Shown: positions 54,106-63,189, numbered from the stretch's first letter. The stretch: DNA of 64,000 bases from Hoeflea sp. (GCA_002707605.1 PANK01000012.1:6731-70730); one strand, 5' to 3'. The notes: generated from the letters alone by a model not told the origin. Numbers and translations are program-made.

Positions 54106-55785
54106 TTACTCGGCGGCGACCTCAAGCTTCTCAGGCTTCGCCATCCATTCGCGTCCCCGAAACATCGCCTGCCAGTAGATCGGCGGCAGCATCTTTTCCT
54201 TCAGGAACCACGCCGCCCGGCTCGGCCTGGTTCCGTCGATCAGGAATGGGGGGAAGCTCGGCTTTACTACCCCGCCGTAGCCGAACTCGGCCAGGACGAT
54301 CTTGCCGCGCTCGACCGTCAGCGGGCACGAGCCGTAGCCGTCATACTGCGCCACCGCCGAGCGGCCGGCGATGTCGGCGACGATATTCTCGGCCACCGTG
54401 GGCGCCTGCTTGCGCGCGGCGGCCGCCGTCTTGGCGTTGGGCGCGTTCATGACGTCGCCGAGCGCCCAGATATTGTCGAAACTCTTGTGCCGCAGTGTGG
54501 CCTGATCGACATCGACCCAGCCCGCCTGGTCGGCCAGCGGCGAAACGCGGATGAAATCCGGCGCGGTCTGCGGCGGGCAGACATGCATCATGTCGAATTC
54601 CATCTCGACGCGCCGGGGCTCCTTCTCCGGCTCCTTGACGTCGAAGGTGGCCTTCTTCGCCGGCCCGTCGACCGCCACGAGATTGTGGAAGAAGTCGAGC
54701 GTCGCGTCGTACTTCTTCACGTATTCCATCAAGGCCGGCACATAGTCCTTGACGCCGAAGAGAACGCCGCCCGCGTTGCAGAAGTGAATGTCGATATTCT
54801 TGAGCCGTCCGGACCGGTGCCAGTGGTCGGCCGAGAGATACATCGCCTTCTGCGGCGCGCCGGCGCACTTGATGGGCATCGGAGGCTGCGTGAAGATCGC
54901 AGTCCCGCCCCGCATCTCCTGCACCAGTTGCCAGGTATAGGGCGCGAGGTCGTAGCGATAGTTCGAGGTCACGCCGTTTCGTCCGAGCGTCTCGACAAGG
55001 CCCTCGACCTTGCCCCAGTCCAATTTGAGGCCAGGGCAGACAACAAGCCGGTCGTATTTCACCACGCGGCAGCCATCCAGGATGACAGCGTTGTTCTGCG
55101 GCTCGAACGCAGCGACCGCGGCCTTGATCCAGGTGACACCCTTCGGGATCAGGCTGCCCATGGTCTTGGCGGTTTCCTGCGCCTCGAATATGCCGCCGCC
55201 GACCATGGTCCAGCCTGGCTGGTAGTAATGAATGTCGGCAGGATCGATGATCGCGATCTCAAGGCCTGGCTCGCGCGCCTTGAGGCTTGCCGCGACCGCG
55301 ATGCCGCCCGCCCCGGCGCCAACGATCACCACCTTGTAGTGGGCATCGCCGGTGTCGGTCGGCGTCTTGCCGCCATTGGCGACTCGGCGCGCGACACCGT
55401 TCATGTCATAGCCTGCCGCCTTCGTCATGGCGAGGATTTCGGAAACGAGCCGCTTTTTCGCCTCGTGCAGCGACCAGAGTGTCGCCGAGCGTGTGCCAGT
55501 CCGGCAGTAGGCCAGAACCGGGCGTTGCACCTCTGCCAGCGCCTGACCGAAGGCAGCAACATCCTCGTCAGTCACCATCCCAGACTGAACCGGGACATAT
55601 CTCGCCTCGATCCCCTCGGCCTTGGCAGAGGCCTCTATCTCCTCGAAGCTCGGCTGATCCGCGCCTTCCCCGTCGGGGCGGTTGCAGATGATTGCGCGAT
55701 AACCAGCCGCCTTGATCGCGGCCATGTCCGAGGCTGCGATCTGCGGGGACACCGTGACTTTCGGCGAGATTTCTTTCAGTTCCAT
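54106..55785 (-). CDS. sqr: Fusion of a DUF442/TIGR01244-like sulfurtransferase domain and sulfide:quinone oxidoreductase
   Basis: The N-terminal ~110 aa read ISPKVTVSPQI..IICNRPDGE..AYCRTGTRS. These are followed by the FAD motif KVVIVGAGAGG, then CAGAPQK and ALGD in the SQR-like body. Confidence 0.8.
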   Translation of the reverse strand: MELKEISPKVTVSPQIAASDMAAIKAAGYRAIICNRPDGEGADQPSFEEIEASAKAEGIEARYVPVQSGMVTDEDVAAFGQALAEVQRPVLAYCRTGTRSATLWSLHEAKKRLVSEILAMTKAAGYDMNGVARRVANGGKTPTDTGDAHYKVVIVGAGAGGIAVAASLKAREPGLEIAIIDPADIHYYQPGWTMVGGGIFEAQETAKTMGSLIPKGVTWIKAAVAAFEPQNNAVILDGCRVVKYDRLVVCPGLKLDWGKVEGLVETLGRNGVTSNYRYDLAPYTWQLVQEMRGGTAIFTQPPMPIKCAGAPQKAMYLSADHWHRSGRLKNIDIHFCNAGGVLFGVKDYVPALMEYVKKYDATLDFFHNLVAVDGPAKKATFDVKEPEKEPRRVEMEFDMMHVCPPQTAPDFIRVSPLADQAGWVDVDQATLRHKSFDNIWALGDVMNAPNAKTAAAARKQAPTVAENIVADIAGRSAVAQYDGYGSCPLTVERGKIVLAEFGYGGVVKPSFPPFLIDGTRPSRAAWFLKEKMLPPIYWQAMFRGREWMAKPEKLEVAAE

Positions 55786-55864
55786 TGTTGCATTCCTCCC
55801 GGTTGGTTTCGATCGAAGACGGTCCACAGGCGCCGAAGCGCCGCCATCACACCTGCGGACTTCT

Positions 55865-56356
55865 TCAAGCAGATGGTTCTTCGTCTTGTATGACCGAAAC
55901 CATTTTCGCGCTGTACGCCCGGTCGCCGATGCGTTCGATCAACTCCAGTTGCAGCTCCAACCAGGCCTTATGGCCTTCTTCATCCATTGCGATCTTTTCG
56001 AAAAGCATGCGCGATCCGACATCGTTCGCCTCATAGGCCTGTCGGGCCGCGCTGAGGTAGAATTCAACGGCTTCCTCTTCATCTGCAAGGTCCGCCTTGA
56101 ACATATCCGGCAGGGTTTCCGCGCGCCTGGGCAATTTTGCGAAAGCAATCTCCGGCGTTCCTTTCAGGAACATGATGCGCTCGATGAACAGGTCGGAGTG
56201 TTCGATTTCCTCTGCCTGTTCCTCGCGCATCTTGTCTGCCAGCAAATTGAGGCCCCAATCGTCGAGGACATGCGCGTGCAATTGATATTGGTGCGCGGCG
56301 CTCATTTCCATCTGAAGCGCCTTGTTCAGGTTTTCCACCGTTGCGTTGTTCGACAT
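55865..56356 (-). CDS. Bacterioferritin-like ferritin-fold protein
   Basis: Start MSNNATVENLNKAL is preceded by AAGGAGAAG. Ferroxidase residues E17, E50, H53 and the later EEGH motif align by hand with E. coli Bfr. Confidence 0.75.
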   Translation of the reverse strand: MSNNATVENLNKALQMEMSAAHQYQLHAHVLDDWGLNLLADKMREEQAEEIEHSDLFIERIMFLKGTPEIAFAKLPRRAETLPDMFKADLADEEEAVEFYLSAARQAYEANDVGSRMLFEKIAMDEEGHKAWLELQLELIERIGDRAYSAKMVSVIQDEEPSA

Positions 56357-56393
56357 TGTCTTCTCCTTTTGACGTGTATCCGCGATGCTATTT

Positions 56394-57278
56394 TCAAAGA
56401 GCGTTGAGGGGCACCTTGAGCGTCGGGTTGCCATCCTTGTCGGTCGGAACGTCGCCCGCGCGCATGTTCACCTGCAGCGACGGAATAATGAGCCTGGGCA
56501 TGGCGAGCTGCGCGTCGCGCTCGGTCCGGAACTTGATGAATTCGTCCCGGGTCTTGCCGGCGCCCACATGGATGTTGTGGGCCTTCTCCTCGGCCACCGT
56601 CGTCTCCCACTGGATCTCGCGTCCGTTCGGGCCGTAGTCGTGGCACATGAAAAGCCGCGTCTCGTCAGGCAGCGCCAGTACCTTCTGGATCGAATCGTAG
56701 AGCGTGCCGGCGTCGCCGCCGGGGAAATCGGCGCGCGCCGATCCGCCATCCGGCATGAAGAGCGTGTCGCCGACGAAGGCCGCGTCGCCCATCACATGGG
56801 TCATACAGGCAGGCGTGTGACCGGGCGTCGCTAGCACGACGGCCTGCATGGTGCCGACCATGTAGGTGTCGCCATCCTCGAACAGGCGGTCGAACTGGCT
56901 GCCGTCGCGCTGGAACTCGGTGCCCTCGTTGAAGATCTTGCCGAAGGTGTCCTGCACGAGCTTGATCCTGGCGCCGATGCCGATCTTGCCACCCAGTTTC
57001 TGCTGGATGTAGGGCGCAGCGCTCAGATGGTCGGCATGGACGTGGGTCTCGATGATCCACTCCAGCTTCAGACCCAGGGACTGCACTTGACGGATCAGTT
57101 CGTCCGCATGGTCGTAGGAGATGCGGCCAGCGGCGTAGTCGATATCCATGACGCTGTCGACGATCGCGCAGGCGTTCGACGCAGGATCCTTCACAATGTA
57201 GCTGATGGTGTTGGTCGCGTCGTCGAAGAACGCATGGACATCAGGCTTGACGTCCAGATTAATCGTATAAAGAGTCAT
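56394..57278 (-). CDS. MBL-fold hydrolase, persulfide-dioxygenase-like (copy 2)
   Basis: THVHADH, TPGHTPAC, and SARADFPGGDAGTLYDSI. It is a paralogue of 51351..52250. Confidence 0.8.
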   Translation of the reverse strand: MTLYTINLDVKPDVHAFFDDATNTISYIVKDPASNACAIVDSVMDIDYAAGRISYDHADELIRQVQSLGLKLEWIIETHVHADHLSAAPYIQQKLGGKIGIGARIKLVQDTFGKIFNEGTEFQRDGSQFDRLFEDGDTYMVGTMQAVVLATPGHTPACMTHVMGDAAFVGDTLFMPDGGSARADFPGGDAGTLYDSIQKVLALPDETRLFMCHDYGPNGREIQWETTVAEEKAHNIHVGAGKTRDEFIKFRTERDAQLAMPRLIIPSLQVNMRAGDVPTDKDGNPTLKVPLNAL

Positions 57279-57300
57279 GAAGCTCTCCTTTTGCAGACCG

Positions 57301-57738
57301 TCAGGCCGTCGCGCGCCGGGCGCTCTCGCCTCTGGACTGGAGGAACCTGGCGAGGAGGATGCCCGCGATCACGGCCGCGGTGAAGGCGAAGACTTCCCAT
57401 CGGCCGGTCCCGAGCGCGGGAAGCGCGCCGCCCGGGCAGAAACCGGCGATGCCCCAGCCGATACCGAACACCGCCGAGCCGCCCAGAAGGCGGGCATCGA
57501 CGGTGCGGCTCACGGGCACCTGAAACGCCTCGGCCAGAATGGGCGCGGGCCGCCCGAAGACCAGCCGGTAGCCGATGAAGGTCGTCACCAGCGCTCCGCC
57601 CATAACGAAGATGAGCGACGGGTCCCAGCTGCCCGCGATGTCAAAGAAGTTCAGCACCTTGGCCGGGTTCGCCATGCCAGAGAGTGCGATTCCGGTGCCG
57701 AACACCAGTCCGATGATGTAGGCGGCGATCAAACGCAT
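57301..57738 (-). CDS. YeeE/YedE-type sulfur-compound transporter half (DUF6691-like)
   Basis: Four TM segments and the motif GWGIAGFCPGG. Confidence 0.75.
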   Translation of the reverse strand: MRLIAAYIIGLVFGTGIALSGMANPAKVLNFFDIAGSWDPSLIFVMGGALVTTFIGYRLVFGRPAPILAEAFQVPVSRTVDARLLGGSAVFGIGWGIAGFCPGGALPALGTGRWEVFAFTAAVIAGILLARFLQSRGESARRATA

Positions 57739-57741
57739 AGC

Positions 57742-58173
57742 TCAGGCTCCCAGAACGTGACGAACGACGTAGACCGTGGCGAAGGTCGTGATCATGAAGG
57801 TGAGCGTCGCGGCGACCGACCTGACGCTCAAGCGCGCCATGCCGCACACCCCATGCCCGGACGTGCAGCCGGACCCGAAGGTCACACCGACACCCACCAG
57901 CAACCCGCCCCCGATCAGCATCGCTGTCGAAATGGGCACCTGGACCGCCGGCATCTCGCCGGTGATCGCGAGCAGCGCAAGCGGCCCGCTCACCATGCCG
58001 AGCAGCACCGCGCCGCGCCACGCGAACTCGCTGCCCGAGGACGGTGTGAGCAAGCCCGCAAGAATGCCGGTCGCGCCCATGATCCGGCCGAGAAACAGCA
58101 TCAGCAGCGTGGCCGACGCGCCGATGAGAACGCCTCCGCCGAGGGAGGCCCAGGGGGTGAACACGGTCTCCAT
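57742..58173 (-). CDS. YeeE/YedE-type sulfur-compound transporter half
   Basis: GVTFGSGCTSGHGVCG motif. It is adjacent to its partner half. Confidence 0.75.
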   Translation of the reverse strand: METVFTPWASLGGGVLIGASATLLMLFLGRIMGATGILAGLLTPSSGSEFAWRGAVLLGMVSGPLALLAITGEMPAVQVPISTAMLIGGGLLVGVGVTFGSGCTSGHGVCGMARLSVRSVAATLTFMITTFATVYVVRHVLGA

Positions 58174-58177
58174 CGGT

Positions 58178-58390
58178 TCAGGCCCGGCAGGTCTTGATAC
58201 CGAATATCGAATAGACCGGACACACCCGCGTCATCGCCACGACCAGCATAACGAGTCCCACGATGGCCGCGCCATATTTGAAAAGCGCCCCTTCGAAGAG
58301 CGGCAGTCCACTCAGAAAGGCGAAATAGAGAAGCACGAGGCCGAGGACCGCCCGAAAGATTCGGTCGACGGTTCCGACATTGATGCGCAT
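58178..58390 (-). CDS. DUF2892 (YgaP-like) small membrane protein
   Basis: NVGTVDRIFRAVLG..CPVYSIFGI, 70 aa. Confidence 0.65.
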   Translation of the reverse strand: MRINVGTVDRIFRAVLGLVLLYFAFLSGLPLFEGALFKYGAAIVGLVMLVVAMTRVCPVYSIFGIKTCRA

Positions 58391-58447
58391 TGCAGTTCCT
58401 CCAGGATGAAAGCTGTCTGCTGGATATAGCTTTGACGCGCCGACTTC

Positions 58448-58462
58448 AGTGACATTGTCACT
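58448..58462. promoter_or_regulatory. Palindrome AGTGACATTGTCACT upstream of the DUF2892-yeeE-PDO operon
   Basis: Perfect GTGACA-N1-TGTCAC, 58 bp upstream of the DUF2892 ATG. A second copy lies at 59694-59706. Confidence 0.4.
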
Positions 58463-58508
58463 CTGCGTTGGAAAACTGGCGTATCGAGCTGCGTGCGGTG
58501 AGTTTCGT

Positions 58509-59174
58509 TCAATCGCTTGCGGCGATCCGCGTCAGACTCTCCCTGGAGAGCAGCCGGACCCGGCCGCGGGCCTGGCTGACAAGCCCTCGCTTCTGGAAGT
58601 CCTGCAGCACGCGGGAAACGACCTCGCGCGCCGTGCCCAGCTCCCGGGCGAGGTCGTCATGTGTCGCAGAAACCTCGACGGCCGGGCCGGCAAGTGCGAG
58701 AAGCCTCGCCGCGAGCCGCACGTCGATCCGTCCGAAGGCCACCTCGTCCACGACATGCAGGAGATCCAGCAGACGGCGCGAGTAGGCCGCGAACACGAAC
58801 TTACGGAAAGCCGGTTCCTCAGCCGCGAGCAGATCGAAGGTCTGTTGCGAGAGCGCAACGGCAACCAGCGCCGTTTCCGCTAACCCCTCGGCGTTATACG
58901 CCTCTTCGGCCAGCATGCAGGCCGTCGTCAGCACGCAGCTTTCACCCGCCTCCACCCGGTAGAGCACGATTTCCCGTCCCGACTCAGCCGTTTGCGAGAC
59001 CCGGAGCGTTCCTTCGACCAGAAACAGCAGATTGTCAGGGCGGTTGTCGGGACTGAAGACAGTTTGGCCGCGTGCGTATCGCGCAACCCGTGCGCTGGCG
59101 AGAAGCCTGTCGCGCACTGGGCGGGGAAGGCTACGAGTGCCATGGAACCGCTCGGTCCAGTCACCGATGGTCAT
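58509..59174 (-). CDS. Crp/Fnr-family transcriptional regulator
   Basis: Start MTIGDWTERF at 59174 overlaps the Rrf2 stop (ATGA). It has a cNMP-binding-like fold and a C-terminal HTH, THDDLARELGTAREVVSRVLQDF. Confidence 0.8.
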   Translation of the reverse strand: MTIGDWTERFHGTRSLPRPVRDRLLASARVARYARGQTVFSPDNRPDNLLFLVEGTLRVSQTAESGREIVLYRVEAGESCVLTTACMLAEEAYNAEGLAETALVAVALSQQTFDLLAAEEPAFRKFVFAAYSRRLLDLLHVVDEVAFGRIDVRLAARLLALAGPAVEVSATHDDLARELGTAREVVSRVLQDFQKRGLVSQARGRVRLLSRESLTRIAASD

Positions 59175-59641
59175 GTCGTGCTCCGCGTTAGTGCCGCGGC
59201 GTCTTTCTCGGCGGTTGCGATGCGGCCCAGCAGTTGATCGCGATTGGCGGAGATATCGGCCAGCGTGAGATCGTCGAGAACCGCCATGAACGCCCGGGTC
59301 GCCTCGTGGAGCCCCCGGGACAGCCGGCAGATCCCGATGAGGGGACAGGTGTTCGACGCCGGATTGAAACATTCGACAACATCGAGCGGCCCCTCGGTCA
59401 GCCTGATGACGTCACCCACGCCGATCTCCTCGGCCGGACGCGCAAGACGGAACCCGCCGCCCCGCCCGCGCTGGGTCTTGACGAAGCCGGCGCGTCCCAG
59501 CTCGTGGACGATCTTCACGATATGCGGCCGGGCCAGACCGTGCACCCGCACCACATCATCGACCCGGATGAGATCGGGGGCATTAAGTGCGGCAAGTTGA
59601 AGCGACCGGAGCGCGTAGTTGGAATAGGCCGTGAGCTTCAT
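59171..59641 (-). CDS. Rrf2-family regulator with a 3-Cys cluster-ligand motif
   Basis: MKLTAYSNYALRSL at the N-terminus, and ECFNPASNTCPLIGIC (C-x7-C-x5-C). Confidence 0.85.
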   Translation of the reverse strand: MKLTAYSNYALRSLQLAALNAPDLIRVDDVVRVHGLARPHIVKIVHELGRAGFVKTQRGRGGGFRLARPAEEIGVGDVIRLTEGPLDVVECFNPASNTCPLIGICRLSRGLHEATRAFMAVLDDLTLADISANRDQLLGRIATAEKDAAALTRSTT

Positions 59642-59652
59642 CTATGTCTCCC

Positions 59653-59667
59653 GATAAAACTTTTATC
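59653..59667. promoter_or_regulatory. Palindrome GATAAAACTTTTATC immediately upstream of the rrf2 start
   Basis: Perfect 7-1-7 AT-rich palindrome, 12 nt from the rrf2 ATG. Confidence 0.3.
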
Positions 59668-59693
59668 CGGCATATAACTTTTTCGCAAGCTGG

Positions 59694-59706
59694 GTGACAA
59701 TGTCAC
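59694..59706. promoter_or_regulatory. Palindrome GTGACAATGTCAC in the rrf2-peroxiredoxin divergent region
   Basis: Same arms as 58448-58462, about 56 bp upstream of the peroxiredoxin ATG. Confidence 0.4.
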
Positions 59707-59761
59707 TGAACGGCACGGCGATGCGAGGTATTCGCCGGGCAACCCACTGAAAGGAAACATC

Positions 59762-60394
59762 ATGCCTCTGCTACTCGGAGATATCGTTCCAGACTTCACC
59801 GCTGACACGACGCTTGGCCCGATTTCGTTCCACGACTGGATTGGCGATGACTGGGCCTTCTTCTTCAGCCATCCCGCCGACTTCACGCCGGTCTGCACCA
59901 CCGAGATGGGCCGAACATCGCAACTCAGCGCCGAGTTCGACAAGCGCGGCGTCAAGCCGATCGGGCTCAGCACCGACACGGTCGACGAGCATCTGAAATG
60001 GATCGAGGATGTGAACGACACGCAGAACACGACGCTGCGATTTCCCATCGTCTCGGACCCGGATCTGAAGATCGCGCGGCTCTACGACATGATCCATCCG
60101 GCCCAGTCCGAGACCGCCGCGGTGCGCTCGGTCTTCATCATTGACAACGCGAAGAAGCTGCGCATGACGATGACCTACCCGATGAGCGTGGGGCGCAATT
60201 TCGATGAGATCCTGCGCGTGATCGACGCCTTGAAGACCGGCGATGCGATGGGCGTTGCGCTCCCCGCCGACTGGCGTCCGGGCGATTATGGGATTATCCC
60301 GCCGTCGATCCCGAACGATCAGGCCAAGGGGCTGTTTCCCCAGGGATGGGAAGAACTCCGTCCCTATCTCCGCAAGGTGAAGCTGAGCGCCTGA
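59762..60394 (+). CDS. 1-Cys peroxiredoxin (Prx6-like)
   Basis: FFSHPADFTPVCTTE active site, 210 aa. Confidence 0.85.
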   Translation: MPLLLGDIVPDFTADTTLGPISFHDWIGDDWAFFFSHPADFTPVCTTEMGRTSQLSAEFDKRGVKPIGLSTDTVDEHLKWIEDVNDTQNTTLRFPIVSDPDLKIARLYDMIHPAQSETAAVRSVFIIDNAKKLRMTMTYPMSVGRNFDEILRVIDALKTGDAMGVALPADWRPGDYGIIPPSIPNDQAKGLFPQGWEELRPYLRKVKLSA

Positions 60395-60429
60395 CAACGC
60401 ACAAACTCGTTCACGAAGGAGCTTCGCAC

Positions 60430-61920
60430 ATGGATCGCCGCCGCTTCCTGACCCTTGCCGCCAGCGCGCTGGCCGCTCCCGGCGTGATTGGTCGCGCCAA
60501 TGCGAGCCCGGTCGCGGGCCAGTCCCTGCCGATCCCTCAGATCCTGGACGTCACCGGCTCCGCTGACGCTGCTCTGGAGGCGATCCAGGGCACGACGGCC
60601 TTCGTCGAGGGGGGTGCGGCTCGCACAATGGGGTACAGCCAGCCCTATCTCGGCCCGGTGCTGCGAATGCGCCGGGGCGAGATTGCCAGGCCGGTGGTGA
60701 GGAACCGTCTCGACAGTCCCGTGACCGCGCACTGGCACGGGGCGCATGTTCCCGGTGCCGTGGATGGCGGTCCACAACTCGCCATTGCCTCGGGCGGGAC
60801 ATGGGCGCCGGAGTTGGAGATTGACCAGCCGGCGGCGACGCTCTGGTACCATTCGCACATTCACGGACAGACCGGACGACAGATCTATCATGGGCTCGCG
60901 GGCATGATGATTGTCGAGGATCCGGGGGTGGAGAATCCCGGGCTGCCCTCGGAGTGGGGCGTCGACGACATACCGGTGATCATCCAGGATCGTCGGTTCG
61001 GGCGCGGCGGGGAGCTCGCTTATGACCTCGACATGCCGACCGTCATGCACGGTTTTCAAGGAGATACGATCCTCGTCAACGGCGCGGTGCAGCCGAACGC
61101 CAGCGTCGCACGCGGTCTTGTGCGCCTGCGTTTGCTGAACGGCTCCAATGCACGGATCTACACGCTGAAGTTCGAAGACGGGCGCGGGTTTCACCAGATC
61201 GCGTCGGACGGTGGTTTTCTGCCCGCGCCCGTGGCGCGGGATTCGCTGGTGCTGGCTCCTGCCGAGCGGGCCGAAATCGTCTTGGACCTGTCGGATGGCG
61301 CAACCGCCCGGATGGTTTCGTTGCCTGATGCGAATTCGCCGATGGAAGGCATGATGGGCGGCGGCGGGATGATGCAGCGCATGATGGGCGGTATGGATCG
61401 CACTGATCCGGAAGCCGTGACGGATGAGGGCGCATTCGCGGTCCTGAGCCTTACACCCGACCGCCCCGCACCCGCTTCGCAGGCACTGCCGCGCGTCCTT
61501 GCCGGCGGACCCGCGCCAACCACCGCCGAGCCGGTGCGGCGACGGCGGATCGATCTTCAGATGGGTCCGATGGCCATGCGCGGCGCCGGCAACCCGCTGG
61601 CCATCAACGGCCAATCCTACGACATGGGCCGGATCGACTTCGAAACGCGACGTGGAGAGGTCGAACTCTGGGAGGTGTCATCCGACATGATGGCGCATCC
61701 CTTCCATATGCATGGCACCGCGTTCACCGTCCTGAGCCGCAACGGACGCAGCGTTCCCTTCGAACAATTGGGAGCCAAGGACATCCTCCTGGTCGACGGC
61801 AAGGCGGAGATCCTCGTCGAATTCCGAAAACCCGCCGACCGCGCGGCACCCTACATGTTCCACTGCCACATCCTCGAACACGAGGATGGCGGCATGATGG
61901 GACAGTTCACCGTCGCCTGA
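60430..61920 (+). CDS. Multicopper oxidase (CueO-like) with a Tat signal and a Met-rich insert
   Basis: Start MDRRRFLTLAASALAAP. Copper motifs are HWHGAH, HSHIHG, HPFHMHG and HCHILEHEDGGMM. The Met-rich segment is MEGMMGGGGMMQRMMGGM. Confidence 0.85.
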   Translation: MDRRRFLTLAASALAAPGVIGRANASPVAGQSLPIPQILDVTGSADAALEAIQGTTAFVEGGAARTMGYSQPYLGPVLRMRRGEIARPVVRNRLDSPVTAHWHGAHVPGAVDGGPQLAIASGGTWAPELEIDQPAATLWYHSHIHGQTGRQIYHGLAGMMIVEDPGVENPGLPSEWGVDDIPVIIQDRRFGRGGELAYDLDMPTVMHGFQGDTILVNGAVQPNASVARGLVRLRLLNGSNARIYTLKFEDGRGFHQIASDGGFLPAPVARDSLVLAPAERAEIVLDLSDGATARMVSLPDANSPMEGMMGGGGMMQRMMGGMDRTDPEAVTDEGAFAVLSLTPDRPAPASQALPRVLAGGPAPTTAEPVRRRRIDLQMGPMAMRGAGNPLAINGQSYDMGRIDFETRRGEVELWEVSSDMMAHPFHMHGTAFTVLSRNGRSVPFEQLGAKDILLVDGKAEILVEFRKPADRAAPYMFHCHILEHEDGGMMGQFTVA

Positions 61921-61942
61921 CGCACAAATCGGAAGAACTTTC

Positions 61943-63189
61943 ATGTTCGACAGCTTCAGTGCAGAAACGCTTGCCCGGTTCCAGTTCGCGTTCACCGTGT
62001 CCTTCCACATCATCTTTCCAGCCTTCACGATCGGCCTGGCCAGCTATGTTGCCGTCCTGAACGGCCTTTGGCTGCGAACACGGGAAAGGACGTATCTGAA
62101 GCTGTTCGACTACTGGAAGAAGATCTTCGCCATTGCCTTCGGGATGGGTGTCGTGTCGGGCATCGTGATGTCCTACCAGTTCGGCACCAATTGGTCGGTC
62201 TTTTCGGATCGCGCTGGACCGGTGATCGGCCCGCTTATGGCCTATGAGGTTCTTTCGGCCTTCTTCCTCGAGGCAGGGTTCCTCGGAATCATGCTGTTCG
62301 GTCGCGAGAAGGTCGGCGACCGGCTTCATATGTTCGCCACGGCCATGGTCGCTTTCGGCACGCTGATGTCGGCCTTCTGGATACTGTCAGCCAACAGCTG
62401 GATGCAGACGCCACAGGGCCACGCCATCAGTGAAGCGGGCCAATTCGTGCCGGAGGATTGGTGGGCGATCGTCTTTAACCCGTCCTTTCCCTACCGCCTT
62501 GCACACATGGTGCTCGCGGCCTTCCTAACGACCGCCCTGGTCGTTGGCGCGGTCGGCGGAGTTCACCTCCTGCGCGATCGCTCGGACCGGGAGGCACGGC
62601 GCATGTTCTCCATGGCCATGTGGATGGCCGCCATCGTCACCCCGATCCAGATCTTCGCCGGCGACTTGCATGGCCTCAACACGCTCGAGCATCAGCCTGC
62701 CAAGGTCATGGCGATGGAAGGCCATTACGAGAGCCATCCTGATGGCGCCCCGCTCATCCTGTTCGGAATCCCGAACGAAGAGCAACGGCGGATCGACTAC
62801 GCGCTCGAGATCCCGAACCTGAGCTCACTGATCCTGAAACACCACTGGGACGCCCCTCTCGAGGGTCTCGACACCATTCCCGACGATGAGGAGCCTCCGA
62901 TCGGGATCGTCTTCTTCAGCTTCCGCGTGATGGTGGGGCTCGGGTTAGCGATGCTCGGACTCGGGCTTTGGAGCCTCTGGGCGCGCTGGCGCGGGCGGCT
63001 CTATGACAGCCCGTGGCTGCATCGCACGGCCGTCCTGATGGGGCCGAGCGGCTTTGTGGCGGTTCTGGCGGGCTGGATCACCACCGAGGTCGGCCGGCAG
63101 CCCTTCACAGTCTACGGAATGCTTCGCACCAGCGACAGTCTCGCTCCTGTCGATGCCCCCGCCGTGGCGACGTCGCTTCTGGCCTTCAT
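61943..63189 (+). pseudogene. cydA: Cytochrome bd-type quinol oxidase subunit I, truncated at the 3' end by a transposon end
   Basis: Typical CydA/CioA N-terminus (ARFQFAFTVSFHIIFPAFTIGLA, GPLMAYEVLSAFFLEAGFLG). The reading frame runs into the Tn3-type inverted repeat at 63190 and stops. No cydB follows. Confidence 0.75.

Noticed and set aside
52249-55893. 546-aa and 468-aa plus-strand ORFs
   Set aside because: They are antisense to the SulP transporter and the DUF442-SQR gene respectively, and are shadow ORFs.
60364-61614. 416-aa minus-strand ORF
   Set aside because: It is antisense to the multicopper oxidase, which has all four copper-binding motifs.
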